DNA from: Hyaloraphidium curvatum SAG 235-1
Lineage: Eukaryota > Fungi > Monoblepharomycota
Assembly: GCA_025558095.1 (NCBI GenBank)
Contig: JAIVFI010000008.1
Span: forward strand, 744,001-808,000
Direction of reading: 5' to 3'
Length of the DNA stretch: 64,000 nt
The position numbers and the translations under genes are program-made. This document shows, piece by piece, positions 1 to 11,695 of this stretch. The notes below the pieces were generated by a model, which did no database searches, was not told the DNA's origin, and was given only the letters and a program-made list of their open reading frames with translations. The first letter of the stretch is position 1. Each line of letters begins with the position of its first letter.

Positions 1-182
1 GCTCGTGCAGCGGAGGCTGCCCGGGCTGCCCGGCGTCCGGAAATGAGTCCATCTTCTGCGAAAGACCACGAGGCTGTCGACGCGATTCATCACTTCCTTC
101 TCGCTCTGAAGCAGACCTCTAGTCAGAAGATGTTCAGTACAGATCAGCACAGATCAGCAAGTCCATTCAGTGCCAAGCAGCG

Positions 183-2745
183 CTACGTGTCGCCCGTAGC
201 GCGGAAAGAGATGCCCGCGCCGTCGTAGCGCTCGGCCTCGTACCGGCTCCCCGAGTCAATCGACGCCGCCTTCTGCAGCCCAATCTCGTCCTTTTCGACG
301 CTGTCGTCCACCGGCAGCTCAACGGCCGCCGTCGGTGTGATCGGCGTCTCCGATCCGAGCCCTTCCTCCAGGGTCCGCTCGCGCTTCTTCAAGCCCAGCC
401 GCCGGCCGACAGAGTCGAAGTTCAGCGCCACGACGACAACGAAGAGCACGACGTTGAGCACACCCAGCACCGCCGTCCAGATGATCCACGAGGTGGTCCA
501 GATGCAGATCGGAATCGTCACCGCGGCCACCAACAGCTGGAGGGGGCCCCCGAAGACGATGTAGTCGTAGAACCGGTAGCCGCCGGGCGACCAGACCATC
601 AGGTTCGTCTGATACCCGATCGGCGTCGCAAAGTCGGCGCTGCCGGCCATGCAAAGCGCGAGCACGAAGGGGATCGGGTCGTAGCCCGTCGTGCGGATCG
701 CAGAATCGATGATCGGCCACACAACGGCGACAGCGGCTGTTCCGAAGACGGAAATGAGCTTGGAAACGACACCAGAAGTACCAAAATACCATTGTTCGTA
801 AGGATGGAATTCAGCACCACGGTGACGAAGTAGGTGGCCACCAGCAGCCCCGCCGAGTTCCTGGTGATGCTCGTGAGCCCGTTGGCGATCCACTGCGCCG
901 CGCCGCTCTTCTGCATCGCCGTGCCGAGCGCGAACGACATGGCGATGAGGATGTAGACCTCCCACGAGAGCGACTGCCTGGCCTCGCGCGGGGTGATGCA
1001 GCCGGCGATGAGGACGACGCAGGCGCCGAGCCACAGGCAGGTGTTGAAATCGAGCGTGCCCTGGTTGCCGACGACGGGGATGTCGAGGTTGGAGAGAATG
1101 ATGGGGACGAGCAGGGCCAGGGCCGCGATGACGGCCTGCCAAAGCTTCCTCCGCGGAGGCACCTGGTTCAGCCGGCGGACGACGGAAAAGTTGTTGTGGT
1201 CGTGGAAGTGCTTCTCCTCGAACTCGTGGCCGCCGATGAGGAGCACGATGTCGTGTGCCTGGAGCTTGATCTCGCCGATTGGCTCGTTGATGCGCTCGCC
1301 CTGCCTGTGCACTGCGATGATGGCCGCGCCGAACTTGGTCCGGAACTCGAGCTCCTTGACCGAGACCGAGTGCGAAATGTACGACGAGTGCGGGGAGATG
1401 ACAGCCTCGTAGATCACGTTCTCCTCGCCGAGCCGGTTCAGATCCACGTCGCGTTCTGCGCCCTCCTTGACAACGAGCCCGTGCTCGCGGAGCAGGACGA
1501 ACTTCTCGGCTGAGCCGGCAAAGTAGAGCGTGTCGCCCTCGCGCAAAATCTCGGTCGACGGGGGCGCCGGGAGGATCTTGGCGGGGCTACCGTCCTCGTA
1601 GTTACGGACGATCTGGACCAGGAAGAGCTCCTTAAGGTGGCGGAGCTTGACCAACGTCTGGCCGATGAGGGGATGTCCTTTCGGGATCACGGTCGTGACC
1701 TGGGAAAGTAATGTCAGACACAGCTTGCGAAGAACCCAACGCACAGCAGCCCACGATGTACTCCCGCGTGCTCTCGATGGTAATGCTGGGCGCTATCCGT
1801 TTCGGCAGCATCTTGGTCGGTCCCAGGAGCGTGACATAGAGGACGCCGGCGAGGAAGGTCGGCACGCCGACGATGGCAAGGGCAAAGAGGCCGAAGGTGT
1901 CGTCGTTGATCTGCTCCGGCATCGAGCGGTTGGCGAGGGAGTAGACGACGAGGTTGGTCGACGTGCCGATCTTCGTGACTGCGCGGCGGGAGGTCAGCGC
2001 TATGAAGCCTCCAAAATCAGGTCTACTCACTCGTGCCGCCAAGAATGGTAAAGTAGGAGAGCGGAATCATTAGCTTCGACGGCGACATGCCCGCGACCTT
2101 GGCGAAATCGGCCAGCACGGGGATGAACATGGCAACGATCGGCGTGTTGTTGAGGAAGGCGGAAAGCAGGCCGATCGGGACCCCGAGCTTGAAGTAAAAG
2201 AGAATGAGGCTCCTGCAATCGGCGACAGGGAGCGGAGCGAGGTGGGGAACGAGGGAGGTCAGACACGTCAGCGACGACAGCGTTCGAACGCCCACGAGAG
2301 GCTCTCCCCGCCCTCTGGCTTCATCCCGAGCTTCAGAATCTTAACGATGACGTCCAAGCCGCCAGTCTTTTCAATGGCAAAGGCGATAACGAAGAGGATC
2401 ATGACCGTCGCGAGGCCGCTGTTCGCGAGACCAGCTAGCACGTCCGCCGGCGTGATAATCCCCAACGGCACAAGAACCACGACCGACATGAACATCACAA
2501 AGTCTAGTTTTCGTGGAAAACGACGTGAAAAGAGGGAGAAGGGGGGGGGGGGGGGGGAGCTGAGCGAGGAGACGCGGGGCACGAAACGCCAGCTCACACA
2601 CCTGCGGGGCCCTTCTCGAAACCCTGCGGGAAGCGCGGCCGCCGTTAAAGAATCCCCGAGGCTGACAAGCGGCGAGCCTAACCATGACGCCGAGAGCGAC
2701 CGCCAGGTCGACGAGGACGACGATTCCTTGCCATTTGAGGGACAT
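183..2745 (-). CDS. SLC13/DASS-family sodium:sulfate/dicarboxylate-type transporter with TrkA-C domains (SLT-like), copy 1, multi-exon
   Basis: Spliced ORFs give MSLKWQGIVVLVDLAVALGVM..., SAFLNNTPIVAMFIP, IGTSTNLVV, TrkA-C segments (FRTKFGAAIIAVHRQGERINEPIGEIKLQAHD) and MAGSADFATPIGYQTNLMVWSPGGYRFYDY. ATG 2745, TAG 183-185. Confidence 0.9.
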
Positions 2746-3152
2746 CGTGGCGGTTTGGACTCCTCGGGGCGCGTGGGGAAGTCGGAGGGGAGGACAGAGA
2801 TGCCCGGACACCACGGTCCAATCGCGACCCCGGCGAAGCCAGCGACGCGCCAAAGGCCCCCGACAGGTGGCAGAGGTCGTCGGAGCGCGTTGCGTCAACG
2901 CGTGGGGCGACCGGAAGGGTCGCAGCCGTGTATGTTTGCCGGCCGCAATCGCGCCATCAGCCGCCGTAACGGCAACAACAAAGCCAAGATGATCAGAAAC
3001 CTTCTTCCGTTCCCTCGCGGCGCGATACATAAGACGCCGCCTCCCATGTCGTCCGTAGTAGTGTTCAGGCCCAACGCCAATCCAATCTGTAGACCCTGCG
3101 AGGCAGCTTCCGGCCAGTCCCCTTTTTCCGAAGATCCGACCCGTGATCCCCT

Positions 3153-5714
3153 TCACGTGTCGCCGTTGTTGCGGATCGAGATTCCGTAAGCGTCGTAGGG
3201 CTCCGAGTAGTTGTTGGAGCTGTAGTCGGCGTTGTCCTTCCGCTCCTCTTTCTGCAGCTCCAGGCTGGTCTTCTTGACGTCCGTGACGTCGATCGTGGAC
3301 ACCGACGTCTCGGCAGCAAGATCCGAATCCAGACCTGCCTCCAGCGCGGCAGCATCCACCGGCTTATTCTTGTACAGGCCCAGCTTCCGTCCGAAAGGCT
3401 CGTAGTTGAGCCCGATCACGACGACGAGGAGGATGAGGTCTGCCACGGCAAAGACGACAGTCCAGATGATCCAGGTGTTCTCCCAGATGCAGATGGGGAT
3501 GGTGATGGCGGCCACAAGGAGTTGCAGCGGACCTCCGATGACGGTGTAGTCGTAGAAGCGGTACCCGCCCGGGGCCCACACCTGCAGCGCCGAGATCAGC
3601 ACCGCTCGAGCGAGAAGAACGCGGCTGCTCTCACCATGAGGTTGGTCTGGTATCCGATCGGGGTGGCAAAGTCGGCGCTGCCCGCCATGCAGAGAGCGAG
3701 GACGAAGGGGATGGGGTTGTAGCCGGTGGTCTTGAGGGCGGCGTCGACGATGGGCCAAACGACGGCGACGGCTCTGCGGAAGGACAAAATGAGCTCTGCG
3801 TCGGAGAAAGGACGAAACGACTACAAACGCGTTGTTCGTAAGGATCGCGTTGAGTAGGACGCAAACGAAGTAGGTGACGACCTGATGCCGCCCGTTAATG
3901 TGGAAGACGGAATCACTTCACAGACGCAACCCACAAGCAAGCTGGCCTGGCTTGAGGCGACGTTCGTGAGACCGCCAGCAATCCACTTGGCAGCGCCGCT
4001 CTTCTCCATCGCGGTGCCGAGCGCGAACGACATGGCGACCAGAAGGTAGACTTCCCAGGAGAGCGAACCGCGAGCCTCGCGAGGGGTGATGCAGCGCGTG
4101 ATGAGCACGACGCAGGCGCCAAGCCATAGCCACGACACAAAGTCCATGTTCCTCGAGTTGCCAACGACAGGGATGTCAAACTGTGGGAGCATCCGTCAGG
4201 TCGCGATCTCCATCAGCAATCGACGATCGACTCACGTTCGAGAGGATGATCGGGACAAAGAGGGAAAGAGCGGAGACGATGGCCTTCCAGAGCCGGCGAC
4301 GGGGCGGAACCTGGTTCAAACGGCGCACGACGGAGAAGTTCTGGTGGTCGTGGAAGTGCTTCTCCTCGAACTCGTGGCTGCCGATGAGCAAGACGATGTC
4401 GTGCGCCTGGAGCTTGATCTCGCCGATGGGCTCGTTGATGCGCTCGCCCTGCCTGTGCACTGCGATGATGGCCGCGCCGAACTTGGTGCGGAACTCGAGC
4501 TCCTTGACCGAAACCGAGTGCGAGATGTAGGCGGAGTGCGGGGAAATGACGGCCTCGAACAAGACGTTCTCCTCCCCCAGCCGGTTCAGATCCACGTCTC
4601 GCTCGGCACCTTCCTTGACAACGAGACCGTGTTCGCGAAGCAGGATGAACTTCTCGGCGGCACCGGCAAAGTAGAGTGTGTCGCCCTCTCGGAGGATCTC
4701 GGTCGAGGGGGGGGCCGGAAGGATCTTGGCGGGGCTGCCGTCCTCGTAGTTGCGCACGATCTGGACCAGGAAGAGGTCCTTGAGGTGACGGAGCTTGGAG
4801 AGCGTCTGGCCGATCAGCGGGTGACCCTTGGGAATTACCGTGGTGACCTGAATAGCCCCGTCAGTGGTGCATCTTCCACAGCACAGTACGTCGGCGAACT
4901 CACAATGTACTCCCTCGTGCTCTCGACGGCGATGCTGGGAGCAATGCGGTTGGGCAGCATCTTGGTGGGCCCCAGCAGGGACATGTAAAGAAGGCCGCCG
5001 AGGAAAGTAGGGAGACCGACGACGGCGAGCCGGAAGAGGCCGAAGGTGTCGTCGTTGACCAAGGTCGGGAACGAACGGTTCGCGAGCGAGTAGGCGACCA
5101 AGTTGGTGGACGTGCCGATCTTGGTGACTGCCAGATCACCGTCACAAAGCCTGATCCGCTAAGGAAGGAGCCGCCACTCACTTGTTCCGCCAAGAATGGT
5201 GAAGTAGGAAAGCGGGATCATGAGCTTGGACGGCGAGATGCCCGAAGACTTGGCAAAGTCGGCCATCACGGGGATGAACATGGCCACGATGGGCGTGTTG
5301 TTGAGGAAGGCGGAAAGAATGCCGATCGGGACCCCGAGCTTGAAGAAGAGGAAGACAAGGCTCTGGAACTCCGAGGCGCCGGCCCCCGTCTTCTGGCCGA
5401 GCTTGAGGACCTTGACGACGACGTCGAGGGCACCGGTCTTCTCGATGGCGAACGCAAGGACGAAGAGGATCATGACCGTTGCCAAGCCGTTATTGGAAAA
5501 GCCGGCGAGAACGTCGGCGGGGGTGATAATGCCGAGGGGCACAAGAACCACGACCGACATGAACATCACCAGGTCTGGCGGGCGGTGCTCGGTGAGCGTC
5601 GTAACGTCAAAGCGCTGCTAATCGCATACCTGCTGGTCCAAGCTCGAAGCCCATGACGCCGAGGGCGAGGACGAGGTCCACCAGGACCACGATACCCTGC
5701 CAAGGCAGCGACAT
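3153..5714 (-). CDS. SLC13/TrkA-C transporter, tandem paralog (copy 2), multi-exon
   Basis: MSLPWQGIVVLVDLVLALGVM... with the same motifs as copy 1 and a near-identical TrkA-C region. ATG 5714, TGA 3153-3155. Confidence 0.9.
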
Positions 5715-6682
5715 GGTTGCGGCGGCGGGGGAGCGGGAAGCTCGACGGAGGAGGTCTTGGTACGCTTCGGAGCGTCAACAGGGACCAGGGAAGGCCGAAA
5801 TGCCTCGCTCAGACGGCACGATGGAGTTCGCGAATGTCTTTTGTTTCCCAGGGCCGTCTGCGCGGGTTTCAAATGACCCTTAAACCGGGAACCGCATCGC
5901 GCCATTTGTCGATGCACCATGCGGACCCGCGGACAAAAGCGTCAGAGTGCACGTGACGCCGCGGGAATGCATAAGACGGATCATTCGGTATGTTATAAAA
6001 GGGGCAGGGGCGCTATAGTTGCCTGTCGCTCGAGGAATGCCTTTCCCGGCGAGGTTTGGAACTCGGACCCATTGTGCCATCGCCCGCCGCAGCGGACCGC
6101 AGGTGACCAGCCCGGCCGGTGCCGGGAGAACCCAGTCCCTGCGAATCCCGGTTCCCGGTCGAGGTTCCCGGTTGCCACAGAAGATGGTCCGCTTCCGCCG
6201 AACCCGAACTGGCCATCGCGGCTTCTTGGCAGGCGCCGACCTGTAGGGAGTCCGGTTCACACAGCCTTCGCTGGGTATCAATCGACTGCAGCAGCGCAGT
6301 TTGCCCGGGCTCTGTCGGCTCCCGGGCGACATCAAGTGTGTCACGCGGAAAACGGCAGCATCGAATGAATCGCGAACCAAAGGAGTCGCACCAGGGGAGG
6401 TTCACCAATTCTTAGTATTCCGCGTTGGAGACGGACCTCGTTTGAGCCCTCCAACGAGCTGTGCTCGACCAAACCGTGGAAGTGCACCCTGAGTGTGTGG
6501 ATGTTTGTGATCGATGACTGGCCTGTCGTGCGCGCGATCGGGTGCCGCAAGGGTCCGTGCATTGCCTGCACCGCTGCATCGATCGATCGACCGTTCCATG
6601 GAAGCACCTCCGCGCGGCACGGACGGCCTCCACATCCAGGAAACCGTCCTTCCTGGCCGGGTCACACTTCCGTCAAGTCAAC

Positions 6683-7775
6683 ATGAAGAACGCCGCGCGC
6701 TCCGCTCTCGTGGCCCTCCTCCTCCTCGCCGCCCTCTTTGCCGCCAATGCGGCCGCGTCCCTCATCGAGCACGACGGCGAGGCGCCCGCCATCGACCTCG
6801 AGGAGCGGGCCGCTATCCCCTTCGACCAGATCTCGATCGAGGCACGCGACGCGGGTGGCGCCGCCGCTCCTCCTGACCCCATCGCCGGCAGTCGGTCGAC
6901 TACGGGGGCTCCGGGTGCCCGGGCGGCAGCGCCGCCGTCACCATCTCCGAAGATCGCCAGACGATGACAGTGATCGTGAGTAAGCGCTGCCGCGGTGCTC
7001 CGGGAGAGCCTCCGCTCACCGTGCCGCCCTTTAGTACGATTCGTTCATTGCGCAGACCGGACCCGGCTTCACCTACAAGGACAACAGGCGGTTTTGCCAG
7101 CTCTCGTGCGTGGCCTCTTCTCGTCATCCGGTGGCTCCGGATGCTGACCTGCCTTCCCCGCCAGCGTCAAGATCAAGTTCCCCCAGGGTCTCACCTTCAC
7201 GATCTCCGAGCTCGTCGCCCGCGGGTTCGCCAACCTGGATTCGGGGGTCAAGGGCAAGTCGGTCGCGACGTTCTACTTCAGGTGTGTGGACTTCGGCTTG
7301 CCTTCTCGATCTCGGACCTTATTCCCCTTCCGTCCTCGACAGCGGTGAAAGGCGAGCTACATCGGGACCGCGACGTTCCCGATCGGCCTGACCACCGTCC
7401 CGCGCAGCCGGCAGGCCAACCTGAATATCAACTTCCCGAACGGCCCCATCCAGAAGAACTACGTCATGCGGGTGCCTTGGCCCGTGGTTCGTGGACGCAG
7501 CCGCTGATCCGTCATCCATTCCGCCGCGCAGGACCGCCGCCCTCGCCGACGCCGAGCTCGTTTGGTGCCCCTGCGGCGCGAACAGGAACCTCCAGGTGGG
7601 CTTCCCTCGCTCGTCGCCCGAGAAGCCAACCTCTGACCGTCGATGCCATCAGATCAAGCAGGCGATCCAGGTCACCAACTACGGCCACCCGGACAAGAGC
7701 GGTCTGCTCACGGTGGACAGCCACGACCTCAAGGTGAAGACCATCTTCCACCTGCAGTGGAAGTGGTGCCGCTAG
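6683..7775 (+). CDS. Secreted DUF4360-family protein, multi-exon
   Basis: Signal peptide MKNAARSALVALLLLAALFAANAAA; after splicing SVDYGGSGCPGGSAAVTISEDRQTMTVI, FPQGLTFTISELVARGFANLDSGVKG and C-terminal LTVDSHDLKVKTIFHLQWKWCR, resembling DUF4360. Confidence 0.75.
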
Positions 7776-7866
7776 GCGGCCATGTAGGGCTTCTCTTTGG
7801 TCTTTTGACGCTGCCGTCAGCTGCTGGACACTGTTGCATCGAATACACCGTTCTCTCAAGATCGTT

Positions 7867-8793
7867 CTAGTCCCGCGCTCCGGCGCTCCTGAGCAGCTCG
7901 TCAAAGTCGTCGTAGACGTCCACCCCCCACGCCGCGGACCCCGGCATCCTCCCGCGGAACGCGACGTCGACCCTGCCGACCACGATCACGGGATCGTCGA
8001 CCGCCAGCACCGTGCTTTCCCCCGCAGCGAGGTCGGCATGCGCGTGCAGCTTCTCCAGCATCATCGACGTCGACCCGCCCGGGACCAAAGCCTCGAGGAA
8101 GTGCAGCGCCGAGGCCTTCCTGGTCGGTCCGACGAAGGGCGCGGCGAGGAATCGGAGCTCGTGCACGACGCTGCGCGATTTGGCCACCAGATCGCCGATT
8201 TCGAGGTTGTGCGAGGGGACTTGGGGGAAGAGGGACGCCAGCGAGGCGAACAGCTGGCGGAGATGGGGATCGGCGGAGCGGTGGAAGCGGAGAGTCGGGA
8301 GCAGCGCATCGTCCTCCTTGGAGAGTTCGCCAAAGCCGCTGGCGGTGTCGCTGCGCTCTTCTTTGGGCTGCTCGCCCGATTCTTGGGCCCGGGAAGGGAC
8401 GCGCGGCGGGAGGCACAGATCGAGCCAGAGCCTGCCCGTGCTCTGCACGGCAAAGCGCTGCAGCGTGAGCCTGGTCTCGTCGTTCGCGCAGTCCTCCGCC
8501 CTGTAGATGCCCCAGCTCTCGGAGACGCCCGGGTCCTCGGTGCGCAGCAGCTTGGACACCTTGCCCGTGTCGATCGCCCGCGCAAACTCCTTGGACGACG
8601 TCGAAAACAGCGAATCCGGCTCGTCCACGTTCCGGTGCGGCGCGTCCGCCGTGAAGGCGGGGGGGAGGCGGTGCAGGAGCAGCGCGGGGACAAATGGGAT
8701 GGGCTCGACGGGCGAGGCGGCCGAGGGCACGGGCGGGGCGGCGATGACGCTCTGGAACCAGAGGTCGGAGGAGCTCTGCGGCGGAGTCTCCAT
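7867..8793 (-). CDS. Hypothetical protein (308 aa, single exon)
   Basis: ATG-started ORF with protein-like composition filling the gap between neighbours; no recognisable domain. Confidence 0.55.
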   Translation of the reverse strand: METPPQSSSDLWFQSVIAAPPVPSAASPVEPIPFVPALLLHRLPPAFTADAPHRNVDEPDSLFSTSSKEFARAIDTGKVSKLLRTEDPGVSESWGIYRAEDCANDETRLTLQRFAVQSTGRLWLDLCLPPRVPSRAQESGEQPKEERSDTASGFGELSKEDDALLPTLRFHRSADPHLRQLFASLASLFPQVPSHNLEIGDLVAKSRSVVHELRFLAAPFVGPTRKASALHFLEALVPGGSTSMMLEKLHAHADLAAGESTVLAVDDPVIVVGRVDVAFRGRMPGSAAWGVDVYDDFDELLRSAGARD

Positions 8794-8975
8794 GGCTTTG
8801 ATGGGGGGGAAGGATGGTGTGTGTGTGTATGTGGCGCCGGGAGACAGACCGAGTCACCCTTCCAAGGCAAAAGAGAAGTGCAGATCAGCAGATCAGGGAG
8901 GACGACAAAAGAGAATCCGGCTGGGCTCGGCTCTATGCATGGCACACTCTATCCAATTGCCGACTCTATCGTTTG

Positions 8976-9010
8976 ATAATGCCAATCACAGCCATAATGC
9001 CAATCACAGC
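8976..9010. repeat. Tandem duplication with 18-bp period (ataatgccaatcacagc x2) overlapping the acyl-CoA synthetase stop codon
   Basis: Read directly at 8976-8992 and 8994-9010. Confidence 0.85.
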
Positions 9011-11540
9011 TTCGCCTTGCCCCTCGCGTTCACGGCCTTGTACAGCTTCTTCCACGTCTCCTTGTGGTACGCCGCCATTTCCGCCCTCTTCATCTTCATC
9101 GTGGGCGTCAGCAGCTCCGCCGGGATCTCGCTCTCCAGCTGTATCTCCCTGACCCGCTCGAACCCGCGCAGCCCGTACTGCTCCGCCGTCCTCTCCAGCT
9201 CCTCGAGGATCTTTTTCCGCAGCGCGGGGTGCTGCGCGAGCTCGGCGGGGGTGCCGGTGATGCCCTGCGCCGAGAGGAAGGGCCGGGCGAGGTCGAAGTC
9301 GGGGACGACGACGGCGACGAGCTCGTTCTCGGTCATCTCGCCGTAGACGTAGATCTGCGGGCCATTCAGCCCGTCGTCACAGCGAGCAGCGCGGGGGCGA
9401 CATACCTGCGCGATCCACAGCGACCGCAGGTACACGGCCTCGATCTTTTCCGGGGCCACGTACTCGCCCTGGCTCAGCTTGAACACGTGCTTCTTCCGAT
9501 CAAACACCCACAGCCGGCCGCGCTCGTCGATCTGGCCGATGTCGCCCGTGTGGATGAAGCCGTCGTCGTCGATCGTCTCGGCGGTCTGCTTCCGCGTCAG
9601 CCGCCAACCAAGTCCCACGAGCGACGACATGGTTCACCTTGGCAGGCTCCTTGAGGTACCCCTGCATCACGCCGTTCCCCCGGATGCAGATCTCCCCCCT
9701 CGGGTACGGCTTGTCCGTGACCCTGTAGTTCATCTCGTCCACGTCGCACAGCCGGATCTCGAGGGCCAGCGAGGGGCCGCCGACGGAGCCGATGCCGTAG
9801 TCGCCGATCGAGGTGGTGCAGCCGCCGCCCGTGGATTCTGTCATGCCGTCTGGAGGGCCGGGGGGTCAGCGGATCCGGAAGCGGGGCGCGGGGAGCGACG
9901 CACAGGCTTCGATGACCTCGGTCTGGGGCGCAAAAGGGGGTCAGCCGGCGGCACGCCGTTTCGGGCCCGGACGACGCACCTTGAACACGGTACGGAAGAA
10001 CCCGAGCACCTCGGGCGCGATCGGCGCCGCCCCGACCATCATGAACTCCACCCTGCCCCCCAGCATCTTCCTCGCCCCGTCCAGCACCGCCCAGTCCCAC
10101 AGCGGGCTCTCGAGGTCCCACTCGCCCTCGATCCTGGCGACCTTGCTGTCCACCGCCATCCTGAACAGCCGCCCGCGCACGCCCGAGAGCGAGTTCATCA
10201 CGGTCTGGTAGATCCTGTTCATCAGCCTGGGTACCATGGGGAAGTGCGTCGGGCGCAGGGCCTGCACGTCGGCGAGGAGCTCCGGGGTAGAGCCGTGGAA
10301 GTAGCCCACGGAGCCGCCGTGGAAGAGCTGCGCGGTGAGGAGGTTGCGCTCGTAGATGTGTGCGAGGGGGAGGAAGGAGATGTGCACTGACTCGGTGCTG
10401 AAGGGCACGTGCAGCGAGAAGTAGCGCAGCGAGGCCGCCAAATTGAGGTGGCTCAAAACGACTCCTTTAGGGTTGCCGGTGGTGCCCTGCCGGCGCGGGA
10501 TCACCAACGTCAGACCCCGAAGCGAGGCGCGAACCGGCCCCCCCCCCCCCCTCCCCCCCGTCGAAACCCACCGAGGTGTACATGACCGTCATGATATCTT
10601 CCGGCTTGGGCGGCTTGTGCTCCCTCTTGTTCTCGATCCCCAACTTCTCCACCTCCCCGAACGGCACGACCTCGATCCCCTTGTCCCTGCCCCACGCGCG
10701 CACCGCCCTGCCCTCCCCCGAGTCCAGGGGATCCATGCTCACGATACACTTCAGGCCGGGCACGGCGGAGGCCACGGAGAGCAGCCCGGCGATCTTGTCG
10801 AGGCCCGCGACGACGATCGGGAGCTCCGAGTGCTGCACGATGTACGCGCCGGCGTCGGGGCCGAGGGTGTCGTACAGCGCGACGGGGTAGAGGGAGTAGG
10901 CGTACAGCGCGTGCTGGCATCGGCGTCAGATCGACGGTTGCGGCGGAGGTGCGTGCGGCGGGGTACCGACCTCGGCGATGGTCCACTCGGGCCGGTTGAT
11001 CCCGTAGACCCCCACGCCCCACTGCTTGGCCAGCGGATCCGGACCCACGTGCTTGGCATACAGCGCAAGGAGGCCGCTCCCGAACGCCGTGATCCTCTCC
11101 CCGACCTGCCTGTAGGTTTGGAACCTGTACGGCCCCCACGACTTTTCCACCTTCCCGTCCTTCACGCCCACAATTTCCTCCCGGGTGCCGAGGCACGGTC
11201 CGTCGGGGTTGATCCTGTGCCCGCCGTTCCAGAAGCCCTCGTAGATCGTGCGCTTGTCCGGGAACCCCTTCACGAGCGGCGCGCCGGGCGCCAGCATCGC
11301 GTTGCGGTAGACCGCCGTGCACCCGGGTTTCTCGGTGCCGGGGACGGGGAGCGCGTACGGCGGGCGGCGGCGGAAGTGCGCGCGGAGGAGCGCGAGGGGG
11401 ATCGGGTCCGAGGGGTACTCGGAGCTGACCGAGGCGAGGAGGGGGAACTCGGCGTCGGGGCCACGCGGGGGCCCGTGGCTGTGGCTATGAGAGTGCCCGC
11501 CGTGGTCGTGATCATGATCGTGGTCGCGGGAGTGCGGCAT
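9004..11540 (-). CDS. Long-chain fatty acyl-CoA synthetase (AMP-binding), multi-exon, His-rich N-terminus
   Basis: Motifs YTS|GTTGNPKG, SFLPLAHIYER, GMTE, PRGEICIRG, GFIHTGDIG, DRKKHVFKLSQGEYVAPEKIE, LLTPTMKMKR; C-terminus AKL. Confidence 0.93.
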
Positions 11541-11695
11541 CGCGGCGATTCGGAGCGGCAGACGCGTGGGACGGGGCGGGAGACGAAGCGGGAGTTTGTA
11601 GCTTCGGTCCGACTTCGCGCCGCGTTCGGACCGCCGGCACACCACGCCACGACAGATAAGGAAAAGGACGCGATGGCGGGCAAAGACCGCGGATT

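Noticed and set aside
2541-2557. Poly-G run (also poly-C ~10537-10559 and a TG microsatellite ~8816-8832)
   Set aside because: Simple sequence in introns or UTR with no evidence of function.
5720-6680. ApT/GATC-rich divergent promoter considered as a 6mA cluster of early-diverging fungi
   Set aside because: Methylation cannot be seen in sequence and enrichment was not quantified.
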